A stretch of DNA of 63,559 nt, the filler included. It is 7 parts of 7 records of this genome, joined end to end, with 100 filler letters (N's around TTAATTAATTAA, not from the genome) between each part and the next. Parts side by side here need not be neighbours in the genome. Positions count along the whole stretch, not along the records: positions 6,909 to 14,074 come from SRR20825010_95; positions 14,175 to 29,716 come from SRR20825010_100; 5 more parts are not named here. One strand, written 5' to 3'. A program made the position numbers and the translations under genes. Below the pieces are notes generated by a model. The model ran no database searches. It saw only the letters and a list, made by a program, of their open reading frames with translations, and was not told the DNA's origin. Of this stretch, positions 11,151-19,826 are shown piece after piece. Numbering within the stretch: position 1 is the stretch's first letter; each line of letters begins with the position of its first letter.

Positions 11151-12668
11151 ATGTTGGACAAATACGTTAAACGGATACTGCAATCCCGCGTCTACGACGT
11201 GGCGGTGGAAACTCCCATTCATGCAGCGCCGTTGATTTCCAAACGTATTGGCAACCGGGTGCTGCTCAAGCGTGAAGACCTTCAGCCGGTGTTCTCCTTC
11301 AAGCTGCGTGGCGCCTATAACAAGTTGTGTCAGCTAACACAGGAGCAGCTAGCTCGCGGGGTGATCTGCGCTTCGGCGGGCAATCATGCCCAGGGGCTGG
11401 CACTGGCCGCGTCGTCCATGGGTATCAAGGCAACCATCGTGATGCCGCGCACCACCCCTGACATCAAGGTCAGTTCCGTGCGTCGCCATGGCGGCAAGGT
11501 GGTGCTGCACGGCGACAGTTTTGATGAAGCGCTGGCCCATGCATTGAAGTTGCAGGCCCGCGACAATTTGACCTTTGTTCACCCCTACGATGACCCGGAT
11601 GTGATTGCCGGGCAGGGCACCGTGGGCATGGAAATTCTGCGCCAGCAAAGTCGCGATCTGGATGCCATTTTCATTCCGGTGGGCGGCGGTGGCCTGGCGG
11701 CTGGCGTGGCGGCTTATGTGAAATACGTGCGCCCGGATGTGAAAGTGATCGCCGTAGAGCCGGAGGATGCGGCCTGCCTGAAAGCGGCGTTGGAGAAAAA
11801 GCGCCGGGTTACGCTGCCTGAAGTGGGGCTGTTTGCCGACGGCGTGGCGGTGAAGCAGATCGGCAAGGAAACCTACAAGGTGCTGCGCGACCACGTGGAT
11901 GAGGTGATCACCGCCAGCACAGACGAAATCTGTGCGGCCATCAAGGATGCCTTTGAAGATACCCGGGCGATTTGTGAGCCTGCCGGTGCGTTGGCACTGG
12001 CCGGTTTGAAAAACTGGGTGGCGAAGCACGATGTGCGTGACCAGACCCTGGTAGCGATTCAAAGTGGCGCCAATGTGAATTTTGACCGCCTGCGTCATGT
12101 GTCAGAGCGTGCCGAGTTGGGTGAGCAGCGCGAGGCGATCCTGGCGGTGACCATTCCGGAGAAGCCGGGTGCGTTCCGGGCATTCTGTCAGGCTCTCGGC
12201 CGGCGAGGAATCACCGAATTCAACTACCGTTACAGTGATGACCGCGATGCCAATATTTTTGTGGGCATCCAGTTACGCCCGGGCGGTGAGGCGCTGCAGG
12301 CGTTGATGAGCGAATTGCAGGAGCGCGGTTATCCGGTGGTGGATATGAGTGGCAACGAAATGGCCAAGCTGCATATCCGCCATTTGGTTGGAGGCCATAC
12401 CTCACGTCAGGACTTGCAGGAGCGACTGTTTCGGGTGGAATTCCCGGAGCGCCCGGGGGCGTTGATGAAATTTCTGCAGTCGCTGGGCGAAAAATGGAAT
12501 ATCAGCCTGTTCCATTACCGCAACCATGGTGCGGCCTATGGCCGTGTGCTGGTGGGCTTCCAGGTGGAGGAGGGCAAGCAGGCCGGGCTATTGGCCGACC
12601 TCAAAAAGGTGCCCTATCCCATGGTGGAAGAAAGCGACAACCCTGCGTACCGGCTATTTTTGAACTAA
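11151..12668 (+). CDS. ilvA: Threonine ammonia-lyase, biosynthetic
   Basis: LKREDLQPVFSFKLRGA PLP-lysine motif, SAGNHAQG, two C-terminal ACT-like domains; divergent from rpiA. Start set to ATG 11151. Confidence 0.97.
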   Translation: MLDKYVKRILQSRVYDVAVETPIHAAPLISKRIGNRVLLKREDLQPVFSFKLRGAYNKLCQLTQEQLARGVICASAGNHAQGLALAASSMGIKATIVMPRTTPDIKVSSVRRHGGKVVLHGDSFDEALAHALKLQARDNLTFVHPYDDPDVIAGQGTVGMEILRQQSRDLDAIFIPVGGGGLAAGVAAYVKYVRPDVKVIAVEPEDAACLKAALEKKRRVTLPEVGLFADGVAVKQIGKETYKVLRDHVDEVITASTDEICAAIKDAFEDTRAICEPAGALALAGLKNWVAKHDVRDQTLVAIQSGANVNFDRLRHVSERAELGEQREAILAVTIPEKPGAFRAFCQALGRRGITEFNYRYSDDRDANIFVGIQLRPGGEALQALMSELQERGYPVVDMSGNEMAKLHIRHLVGGHTSRQDLQERLFRVEFPERPGALMKFLQSLGEKWNISLFHYRNHGAAYGRVLVGFQVEEGKQAGLLADLKKVPYPMVEESDNPAYRLFLN

Positions 12669-12741
12669 CGCCGGTTTAACCGGTCAGTTAATCGGCGTAG
12701 CCGTTGCGGAGTTTGTCAGTGCTCCTGCTTTTCGCCCGATG

Positions 12742-12885
12742 AGCGCTAACTTGTTGATTTTACATTGTCTTCGGCATGTAGAAGATGTTGGCTTGACGTG
12801 GAATGCGCCCTGCGACATTGGAGAGTTAGCGGGGGGTTCTGTTAAGAAGTGTCAGCAAGCAGCGCTAACTGCTTGACTTTACATT
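12742..12885. promoter_or_regulatory. 25-bp imperfect direct repeat containing IHF-like sites
   Basis: AGCGCTAACTTGTTGATTTTACATT (12742) vs AGCGCTAACTGCTTGACTTTACATT (12861), 22/25 identical. The reverse complement of the first matches WATCAANNNNTTR. Confidence 0.5.
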
Positions 12886-13009
12886 TGGAAATGATCAAAT
12901 TTTGACCCACTTGGCATTTTATGCTGTTGAATCAGACTAAGGTGACAATCTTGTTAATACTTTTGGGTCACTTTTTTCATATTGCTGTACCATTTTGGGG
13001 AATAGAACA

Positions 13010-13159
13010 ATGAAGAAAAAGCCGGACGCCCTGGTGCTACTGGCGGTTGTTTTCGGGTTGGGTGTGCTGGTCAGCAGCCTGACTCATGGTGGAAATGAAC
13101 CGGATTACCAGCGTTACGCTGACAGTGCAGGCATTACCGTTACTCAGACGCAGCAGTAA
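13010..13159 (+). CDS. 49-aa single-TM small protein, below the ORF-track cut-off
   Basis: MKKKPDALVLLAVVFGLGVLVSSLTHGG...: basic N-terminus plus one TM segment; GGGGAA upstream. Confidence 0.65.
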   Translation: MKKKPDALVLLAVVFGLGVLVSSLTHGGNEPDYQRYADSAGITVTQTQQ

Positions 13160-13739
13160 CCACGCTGTCCACCGGTTGGTCCCACGGGGCCACCGGTAGC
13201 TCACCTCGCTCCATTTTCTGAAAATCGTACCCGGCGGCCACCAGCCGTGGCCGGCGCGGATGCCGTGCCAGTTGTGCCAGGGTACGATCGTAGTAGCCCC
13301 CGCCCATGCCCAGTCGATACCCTGCCTCATCAAATGCCACGGCAGGCAGGATAATCACATCCAGCGCCCACAGGGCCCGTCCGCGGTAGCGCAGGGCGGG
13401 TTCGTGAATGCCGTAGGCATTGGGGCGCATGGGGTGATGATGCTGCCAGAGGCGAAATTGCAGGTGTCCGGGGCGCAGGTTGTCAACAAAAGGCAGATAG
13501 GTGGAGGCCTGCTGAAAGCGAGGGTGGCGCAGGGCGGGGCGCACATCCAGTTCGCCGTCGTTGGGCAGGTAAATGGCGACGTGGCGGGCAGGACGGTGTT
13601 GTATGGCACGGGCCAGTGCGGGGCCGAAACGGGCGCTGGCGCGGCGGCGTTGACCGATGTGCAGGGCGCGGCGGCGCTGTCGGAACTGGCGGCGCAATTG
13701 CTGGCGTTGCCGCGTGGTGGGGATTTTCGCGTCAGGCAT
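13140..13739 (-). CDS. ygfA: 5-formyltetrahydrofolate cyclo-ligase
   Basis: YLPNDGE, NAYGIHEP, PAVAFD, RLGMGGGYYDRTL, WDQPVD; directly downstream of 6S RNA. Confidence 0.95.
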   Translation of the reverse strand: MPDAKIPTTRQRQQLRRQFRQRRRALHIGQRRRASARFGPALARAIQHRPARHVAIYLPNDGELDVRPALRHPRFQQASTYLPFVDNLRPGHLQFRLWQHHHPMRPNAYGIHEPALRYRGRALWALDVIILPAVAFDEAGYRLGMGGGYYDRTLAQLARHPRRPRLVAAGYDFQKMERGELPVAPWDQPVDSVVTAASE

Positions 13740-13769
13740 CCGGCATCCGGCGTCAGGCGATAATAAAGG

Positions 13770-13955
13770 GTGCTTCCCGGCCCGCCGCTGCGGGTTTGAC
13801 CCTTGAACCGAAGGTTCAAGGTGGAGGCAGCAGCTTTGCCCTCAGGCTTTCCGCTCAATAGGCGGACATGCACACGGACAAGGCAATATATGCCCCCGGG
13901 TAGTACATTATCGGCAAGGGGACTTGACCCTCTGGCGCACGGGCCAGGAAGCACT
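13770..13955 (-). ncRNA. ssrS: 6S RNA
   Basis: About 185 nt with complementary termini (GTGCTTCCTGGCCCG / CGGGCCGGGAAGCAC), the CCTTGAACC-TTC-GGTTCAAGG element, TATAAT just upstream, and ssrS-ygfA synteny. Confidence 0.92.
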
Positions 13956-14046
13956 TGAGATCATTATATCAGGGGTGCGGGGGGTGGGTCAGTCTTGACA
14001 GGGCAGGGATTTCGTTGGTGGTTCTTGGTCAGGATGCGAAGCCGCT

Positions 14047-14074
14047 GTAGGAGCACCTCTTGCAGGTGCGAACC
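14047..14074 (+). repeat. REP-like palindrome at contig end
   Basis: GTAGGAGCACCT-CTTGC-AGGTGCGAA, a GTAG-family REP architecture. Confidence 0.5.
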
Positions 14075-14174
14075 NNNNNNNNNNNNNNNNNNNNNNNNNN
14101 NNNNNNNNNNNNNNNNNNTTAATTAATTAANNNNNNNNNNNNNNNNNNNNNNNNNNNNNNNNNNNNNNNNNNNN
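14075..14174. other. Artificial contig linker
   Basis: N44-TTAATTAATTAA-N44. Confidence 0.99.
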
Positions 14175-14204
14175 GTGGAGGTTCGAGTCCTCTTCTGGGC
14201 ACCA
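14175..14204 (+). tRNA. 3' end of tRNA-Leu (truncated gene or att duplicate)
   Basis: GTGGAGGTTCGAGTCCTCTTCTGGGCACCA = T-arm, acceptor 3' strand and CCA, as in alphaproteobacterial tRNA-Leu. The anticodon is not visible. Confidence 0.8.
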
Positions 14205-14359
14205 CTTTTCCTTTATACTTCAAAGCACTTAAAGGTACGCGGCGTAAATTTGGCGCAGTGTATTACGTCATTATGCTCGGTATTTGAGCATATTCAAGTC
14301 ATGAAAATGGGTGGCCAAAGCTATGACCACCCACTTCCGAAGCACTTCTTTTCTGAGAC

Positions 14360-14626
14360 TCATTTCTGGTGACGCTTGATATATGCCTTCACCTGATCCG
14401 GATACCACAGCGGCCCAAGTTTGCCTGCGCTCGTTGGGATGCGCACTGCCTTCGGAAAATCCGGTTTGCAGGCGACCCGCTGTTGAACGGTAATCTTTGA
14501 TCGATTGAGATATGCGGCGATGTCATCCAGCGACCAAAGCCGCTTGGATACTTTGGTCATGCGCAACTCTTCGAGAATTGATGTTAGAAGTTCCTCAATC
14601 CTAGGCTGGGGCCATGGCTTATCCAT
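14360..14626 (-). CDS. AlpA/excisionase-like HTH protein
   Basis: LWSLDDIAAYLNRSKITV...PDFPKAVRIP...PLWYPDQV; AAGGAG RBS supports start 14626. Confidence 0.75.
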   Translation of the reverse strand: MDKPWPQPRIEELLTSILEELRMTKVSKRLWSLDDIAAYLNRSKITVQQRVACKPDFPKAVRIPTSAGKLGPLWYPDQVKAYIKRHQK

Positions 14627-15461
14627 TGCCGATCTCCTTTGCTGATGCCTGACGGAAATCTTCTGCACAGTTGGAAATGATCAGTTCGCGGGCTAGCTTC
14701 GTGACCTTGAGTGAGGCTGTGTAGTTCACGGGAACCTCTTCAATGGCAAATGCCTTGAAGATGTCTCGCACCTCGGGGTTGGCATTGAGCGACAGGATAA
14801 ACTTGCCTTTGATGCCCTCAAGCTGGGCAGCCATCCTGACAAACTCTTCGCGGCTGAACAATTCTTTGCCGTAATAATCCTCGGTGCCATAGTATGGTGG
14901 GTCGAGATAGAAGAGCGTGGTGTTGCGGTCGTAACGGCGGATGAAGTCGTCATACGGCAGCTTTTCGATGGAAACACCTGCGAGCCGCTCGTGCAGCTCC
15001 TCCAGTGCCGGGCCGAGCTTGGTGACATCGAACCTGCCGGGGCGTTTTACATCAATGCCGAAAGATCGACTTCTGACCATGCCGCCAAAGGCGACGCGTT
15101 GCAGATAGAGAAACCTAGCCGCACGCTCAAGGTCTGTGAGTGTATCGGGATCGGTGGCCTGTAGGCGCTCAAATTCTTGCCTTGTAGTAATCTGAAACTT
15201 CAGCATCTCCATGAAATGCGCATAGTGGCGCTGAAGAATGCGAAAGAAGGTGGCGACATCGCCAGACAGGTCGTTGATGACTTCGGCTTGCGGCACCTGA
15301 CTTCGACGCAAGAACACGCCACCCATGCCGACGAATGGTTCAGCGTATGTGATATGCGGCACGGTGTTGATGCGACTGATAAGTTTCGCAGCTAAGAGAC
15401 GCTTACCGCCGACATATGGCGCGACAGGTTTGATGGGCTTGATGTTGGTACATTCGTTCAT
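14619..15461 (-). CDS. Phage-type DNA adenine methyltransferase (D12/Dam family)
   Basis: PYVGGK, EPFVGMGGVF, IND, YLDPPY motifs; AAGGA RBS before ATG 15461. Confidence 0.92.
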   Translation of the reverse strand: MNECTNIKPIKPVAPYVGGKRLLAAKLISRINTVPHITYAEPFVGMGGVFLRRSQVPQAEVINDLSGDVATFFRILQRHYAHFMEMLKFQITTRQEFERLQATDPDTLTDLERAARFLYLQRVAFGGMVRSRSFGIDVKRPGRFDVTKLGPALEELHERLAGVSIEKLPYDDFIRRYDRNTTLFYLDPPYYGTEDYYGKELFSREEFVRMAAQLEGIKGKFILSLNANPEVRDIFKAFAIEEVPVNYTASLKVTKLARELIISNCAEDFRQASAKEIGNG

Positions 15462-15480
15462 GATGATGTTCCTTGGGGGC

Positions 15481-15708
15481 TTAGTAGGCTGGAAAACGGG
15501 TTTGTGAGGCCAAGTATGCGTCGAGATCGCTTTGGCGATAGCGAACGGCACGACCGAGCTTGAGAAAGCGAGGGCCAGTTCGGTAGACACGCCACTTGGT
15601 TAGCGTGGCAGGAGCGAGCCCGAGATATCGAGCCGCGTCCGGTGTCGTGAGCATGTCACCCACGACAGTACTATTGTCTCCGTTCCGGGGAGGTTTAATA
15701 GGCATCAT
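15481..15708 (-). CDS. Excisionase-like helix-turn-helix protein
   Basis: LTTPDAARYLGLAPATLTKWR...GPRFLKLGRAVRYRQSDLDAYL; AAGGAG RBS. Confidence 0.88.
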   Translation of the reverse strand: MMPIKPPRNGDNSTVVGDMLTTPDAARYLGLAPATLTKWRVYRTGPRFLKLGRAVRYRQSDLDAYLASQTRFPAY

Positions 15709-15743
15709 ATTGCTCCTTACGTTTGTGGTCAGTAAGGAGCAAT
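15709..15743 (-). promoter_or_regulatory. Perfect 12-bp hairpin occluding the RBS of the excisionase-like gene
   Basis: ATTGCTCCTTAC-N11-GTAAGGAGCAAT immediately 5' of the ATG. Confidence 0.65.
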
Positions 15744-15909
15744 GTGACAAGTTCAGGAAATGTGATGCGATATCAACTGGGACACATGTCACTCATTTGT
15801 TGGTGAAGGCGGCATGAGTGCCGGTGGCCGCCCGTCCTGCCCTATAAGGCACTGAGCAATCCCCTCACCGGAGTACAGTGGATAATATGGCGGTTTCTTG
15901 TTAGGTTTT

Positions 15910-16572
15910 TCAAAGGATGAAGAGGAAACACGTTACCTTTTTGCCGGTGATTTCGATGCGGTCCGTGACCGTTTCAACAAGTTTTCTCTTTTTCTCAAAG
16001 GTGAAGGATTTCCACTTTTGTGAGAGGCTTTGCCCATCTGCTTTGAGCTCTTTAGGTAACGGGTAGTTGTCCAGTTGAGCATGGAAGATTTCTTCAAGAT
16101 CATCCTTGGCAATCTTGGTCCGACAGTTCTCGCACACATATTTTGATGTGTTCGATTGCACATACATCTTCTGCCCGCAGCCACAACGGACAAATCCTGC
16201 AAACAGATTGGCGACCTTGCGGGCTGGCGGGCCACTCCTCCCTTTCTGGGATTCTAGGATGGTGCTACAGCGTTGCCACAGGCCCTCAGGGACGAGCGCT
16301 TCCACCTCCTCATTTCCAAGGACGATTTCATCTTTGAGCAGGCGCGTGAGGGTGGCCAGTGTGAATAGCGCACCGTTTCGTGTGCGGTGTCCTTCAGCAT
16401 TCAGGATGTCACAGACGGTCTGACGACGCTCATGTTCTGCAAAGAGTTCGAATGCGCGTAGGCGGATTGGAGCTTCGTCCGCGTTGAGAACGAGACGTCC
16501 GTTTTCTCTTCTGTATCCAAACGGTGTGGGGCCGGTGCGAGTGTTCGTCATGCCAGAAACCTTTGAGTTCAT
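15910..16572 (-). CDS. Large serine recombinase DNA-binding fragment (recombinase domain + Zn ribbon, no catalytic domain)
   Basis: PFGYRR...EAPI, LNAEGHRTR, NLFAGFVRCGCG...YVCENC, C-terminal KRKLVETVTDRIEI. Confidence 0.75.
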   Translation of the reverse strand: MNSKVSGMTNTRTGPTPFGYRRENGRLVLNADEAPIRLRAFELFAEHERRQTVCDILNAEGHRTRNGALFTLATLTRLLKDEIVLGNEEVEALVPEGLWQRCSTILESQKGRSGPPARKVANLFAGFVRCGCGQKMYVQSNTSKYVCENCRTKIAKDDLEEIFHAQLDNYPLPKELKADGQSLSQKWKSFTFEKKRKLVETVTDRIEITGKKVTCFLFIL

Positions 16573-17147
16573 CTTGTGTCAGAAACTCAGGACATTGGCG
16601 GTATGATACACTTTAACTACATGAAATTATTAGAATTTAAGCCATTTTGAACAGAATTACGCATTCTGTTCAAAATATAGATTATAAGTCAACTTGTTTT
16701 GAGTGAGGTTATGAAGGGAAGGTTATCAACGTCATTATATGACACCTAAGGAAATCGGAAATATTTAACCCCGGAGAATACTCCAGGCGGGTGGTCTAAA
16801 ATTGGGGAGCACCTCATAACATCTGGATTTTCTTGTTCCAGGTGGCCCAAAGATGGGGGGCAAATTCATCAGCTGTCACAGCTAAAGCAAAATCACTCCA
16901 TTTGGTGGCATGGTCCTGGAGGAAAAACCGGCAGAATGGGAGCCTTCTATAACGTTACCGGATAACATGGAGCTCACAGCGGCAAAACTCCCTATCATTC
17001 CCCCAGAGAGAAGCTACAATAGATGCACGAAGAGTCCCACAAGGTCGTACATTCCTACACTAATTATTCGAGCTATATAAGAGACAGAACGGTTGGAGGT
17101 TGGCCTAATATTTAGTACTATTTATCAAATAACAGGAAATAGAACTG

Positions 17148-17945
17148 ATGAATAGTACAAGGTATATGGGAAATTTAGCAGCTCCTGATGTGGGCAAGGC
17201 CTTAACAGCAGGCTCAATTTTAATTTTGCCGGTGGGTGCAATGGAGCAGCATGGGCCCCATTTGCCGCTAAATACAGATACCATTCTGGCTGAGCGATTT
17301 GCGGGTAGGGTTATTGCGCGATGGGGCGATCAATATGATCTGTGGCAATTACCTTCATTTCCTTATGGGATTTCAGTCGAGCACAATTGGGCGGCGGGCA
17401 CTTTATCTCATTCGGCGGCTCTCTTTTGTGAGATAATTCATGAATTGATGCAAGAGCTTACAAGAACTCAGGCGGCGCGCAAGCTGGTTATTGTAAATGG
17501 GCACGGTGGGAATAGGGGCATTCTTGAAGTGTTAATACAGGAGATTCGCGTAAGGCATAGCATAATCGCGTGCGTGGTTCACCCAAGTGCCCTCTCTCCG
17601 GTCAAATCAAATTCTAAATGTATTGAGGTTCATGGCGGCAAGAGTGAAACTTCTATTTTGCTGGAGCTTGCGCCAGAATTAGTTGACATGAGCAAACTAA
17701 CTTTGACGGCTGAGAATTCAGATCAGGAGACTGTAAAGGAGCTAATTCTAAGCCGCGGGGCAACATGGCCCTGGTCATCTAATGATCAAGGAATTAGTAC
17801 AAGTGGCATTATTGGTGATCCACAATCTGCGACCATCGAATTAGGCAAACGTATTGTCGATGGGGCACTTGCTGAAATACCAAAGGTATTGAACAGATTG
17901 AACGAGCTGCATCAACAGACTCCGCACTCTAGGGACGGTGACTAG
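17148..17945 (+). CDS. Creatininase-family amidohydrolase
   Basis: LPVGAMEQHGPHLPLNTD, SVEH, VNGHGGN, HGGKSETS, GIIGDP motifs. Confidence 0.93.
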   Translation: MNSTRYMGNLAAPDVGKALTAGSILILPVGAMEQHGPHLPLNTDTILAERFAGRVIARWGDQYDLWQLPSFPYGISVEHNWAAGTLSHSAALFCEIIHELMQELTRTQAARKLVIVNGHGGNRGILEVLIQEIRVRHSIIACVVHPSALSPVKSNSKCIEVHGGKSETSILLELAPELVDMSKLTLTAENSDQETVKELILSRGATWPWSSNDQGISTSGIIGDPQSATIELGKRIVDGALAEIPKVLNRLNELHQQTPHSRDGD

Positions 17946-19197
17946 AACTTGCTTTGATTAGTTCTAAAAATGGAATTGCTCCTTCTGGTAGCACAGATTT
18001 AAGTGCCTCGGTCGTTCTTGCCAAGACAATCATGTCAATATCTTTATTATTATCTAAGCGGCGGATGAAGAACTCCCGGTCCGCGGCACCCCACAATGCA
18101 AGATACCGTATCAATGTCTCACATCCGACTAGCGCCCGTAGGCAAGCCATTATTTGCTCCGTTCCCACTTTTCGCTCTCGCAGAACCAAATCTATCAACG
18201 CCAGCGGAAAGTCTACTTGCATAGCTTTCGCCAACCACGCAAAACCGGCGCATACCCGAGGATTAATTTCATGAATTATAAAACCGTCTCCCGTGAAGCA
18301 TCCATCGACTCCAAACCCGCCTACATAGCCGCATTGTTTGACTAGCTTTCGCAAAGCATATGCAATTTGTTTTTTCGCTTCATTTAATTCTAATAGGTCT
18401 ATTGCCATTGCGCTAAGAATGCCCGGCGCATGGATACGGAAATTATTCGGATTCCAGTAGAGAAGAGCACTAACAGGACCGAATATAACTGTGTCATCCC
18501 CAATCACATAACCATAGAAGGTTGCAGGACGCCCTACCGAATACATAGATATTCGCACAGCATCATACTTGACGCAGACATGATCTAAGAATTGGCGTTT
18601 TCGTATGCATTCACTATCGGCGGGTAGCAAAAAAACGTCACTGCTACCCATGGCGAGATAATCTTTTGATACACCCGAAAAAACACAACTATTTTGTCCA
18701 ATCCATTTATCAATACTATTTAGCCCATCAGCTAATTTTGAAGTGCAAATATATTTCTGGATGAAATGCTGCTGAAAATTGGTGAGCTGAACTTGTTGCT
18801 GTTTTTGTTCAGCTAAGTACCATTCTTTTTTTCTGGCAGCCAAAACCCGTCGTCCGCTAATGGCATGAACATTCGCACAGGAGCCTGCATAAATTAAGGC
18901 TTTCGATCTTTCATCCAAGTTATCTAATTGCGCTATCCACGAAATATCGGGATTTGAAAGTTCTCTATTTTGCTGATCCAATTGGTGTGCAATGCTTGTT
19001 TTTTTTGGTGTCGAAGTAGGTAAATGATCTACCTTCTTGGCCCCCATCAACCGGAAAGCTGTTTCTAGGCCTTTTGAGCCAGCTGCTTGGCCCGTTAGTA
19101 TAATGTGTTCATTTGCTATGATCGGCGCGGCCGCATCAAAAACCTGCTTTTTTAAGTCTTGCGCAACGCTGGAAAATACTTGCATTATGGCCCCCAA
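17929..19197 (-). CDS. Divergent ATP-grasp-fold protein (putative amide ligase)
   Basis: YVGGFGVDG...IHEINPR C-terminal ATP-grasp signature. Confidence 0.65.
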   Translation of the reverse strand: MGAIMQVFSSVAQDLKKQVFDAAAPIIANEHIILTGQAAGSKGLETAFRLMGAKKVDHLPTSTPKKTSIAHQLDQQNRELSNPDISWIAQLDNLDERSKALIYAGSCANVHAISGRRVLAARKKEWYLAEQKQQQVQLTNFQQHFIQKYICTSKLADGLNSIDKWIGQNSCVFSGVSKDYLAMGSSDVFLLPADSECIRKRQFLDHVCVKYDAVRISMYSVGRPATFYGYVIGDDTVIFGPVSALLYWNPNNFRIHAPGILSAMAIDLLELNEAKKQIAYALRKLVKQCGYVGGFGVDGCFTGDGFIIHEINPRVCAGFAWLAKAMQVDFPLALIDLVLRERKVGTEQIMACLRALVGCETLIRYLALWGAADREFFIRRLDNNKDIDMIVLARTTEALKSVLPEGAIPFLELIKASSSHRP

Positions 19198-19826
19198 TCA
19201 ATCTCAAGCAATAGTCGGGGCAGTTCATTTAGAGATGGAATGATATTGGCATCATTGTTCAGCGGGTTCTCTACTTCGCCTTTCCTGCTGAGGAAGACGG
19301 CTTTCCATCCTGCATTGATTGCCCCACAGACATCATTTCGCCAGCTATCGCCAACATGAATGATATCGTGCCTCTCTTTTGCTAACGTCTTTTCCACATA
19401 TCGAAAAGCCCGGACATCAGGCTTTACATAGCCGAGTTCAAAAGAGTAGAAACTATGCTCGAAAAACGAGCCTAATAGTAACTTTCGTAAATCTCCTGAT
19501 TCCCACTGAGTACAGTTGCTAAAACTTACTAACTTATACCCTAATTCTTGAAGAGAAGTTAGGCATTGCGAGACTTCTTCAAAAATTTGGGCGCTCGGTT
19601 TCTCATACTTTTCAAGAAACAGCTCCGCGTCGGCGGTCCCTACCAGAGTGCATATTTTCTTAGTGACTGTCTCTATATTGCAGGGCTTGGTCAACGCTTC
19701 ACGAGACAGTAATGGACGTATTCGATCAATTGGAACCGCTAAATGTTGGCTTAGAGCATAACAAAACCCACCGCCATCAATATCAAGTAGCGTCCCACCC
19801 ACATCAAACGATACTATTTTTGCCAT
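19185..19826 (-). CDS. HAD-superfamily hydrolase/phosphatase
   Basis: FDVGGTL motif I, SN motif II, KPD motif III, HVGDSWRND motif IV. Confidence 0.92.
   Translation of the reverse strand: MAKIVSFDVGGTLLDIDGGGFCYALSQHLAVPIDRIRPLLSREALTKPCNIETVTKKICTLVGTADAELFLEKYEKPSAQIFEEVSQCLTSLQELGYKLVSFSNCTQWESGDLRKLLLGSFFEHSFYSFELGYVKPDVRAFRYVEKTLAKERHDIIHVGDSWRNDVCGAINAGWKAVFLSRKGEVENPLNNDANIIPSLNELPRLLLEIDWGP

Noticed and set aside
13770-13955. Novel structured RNA upstream of ygfA
   Set aside because: It is the well-known 6S RNA.
14619-15461. Restriction-modification or defence system
   Set aside because: Orphan phage-type Dam methylase; no nuclease gene adjacent.
16600-17140. Hidden precursor peptide or gene between the recombinase and creatininase
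   Set aside because: Only short frames without a convincing RBS or motifs; it may be a decayed gene but cannot be supported.
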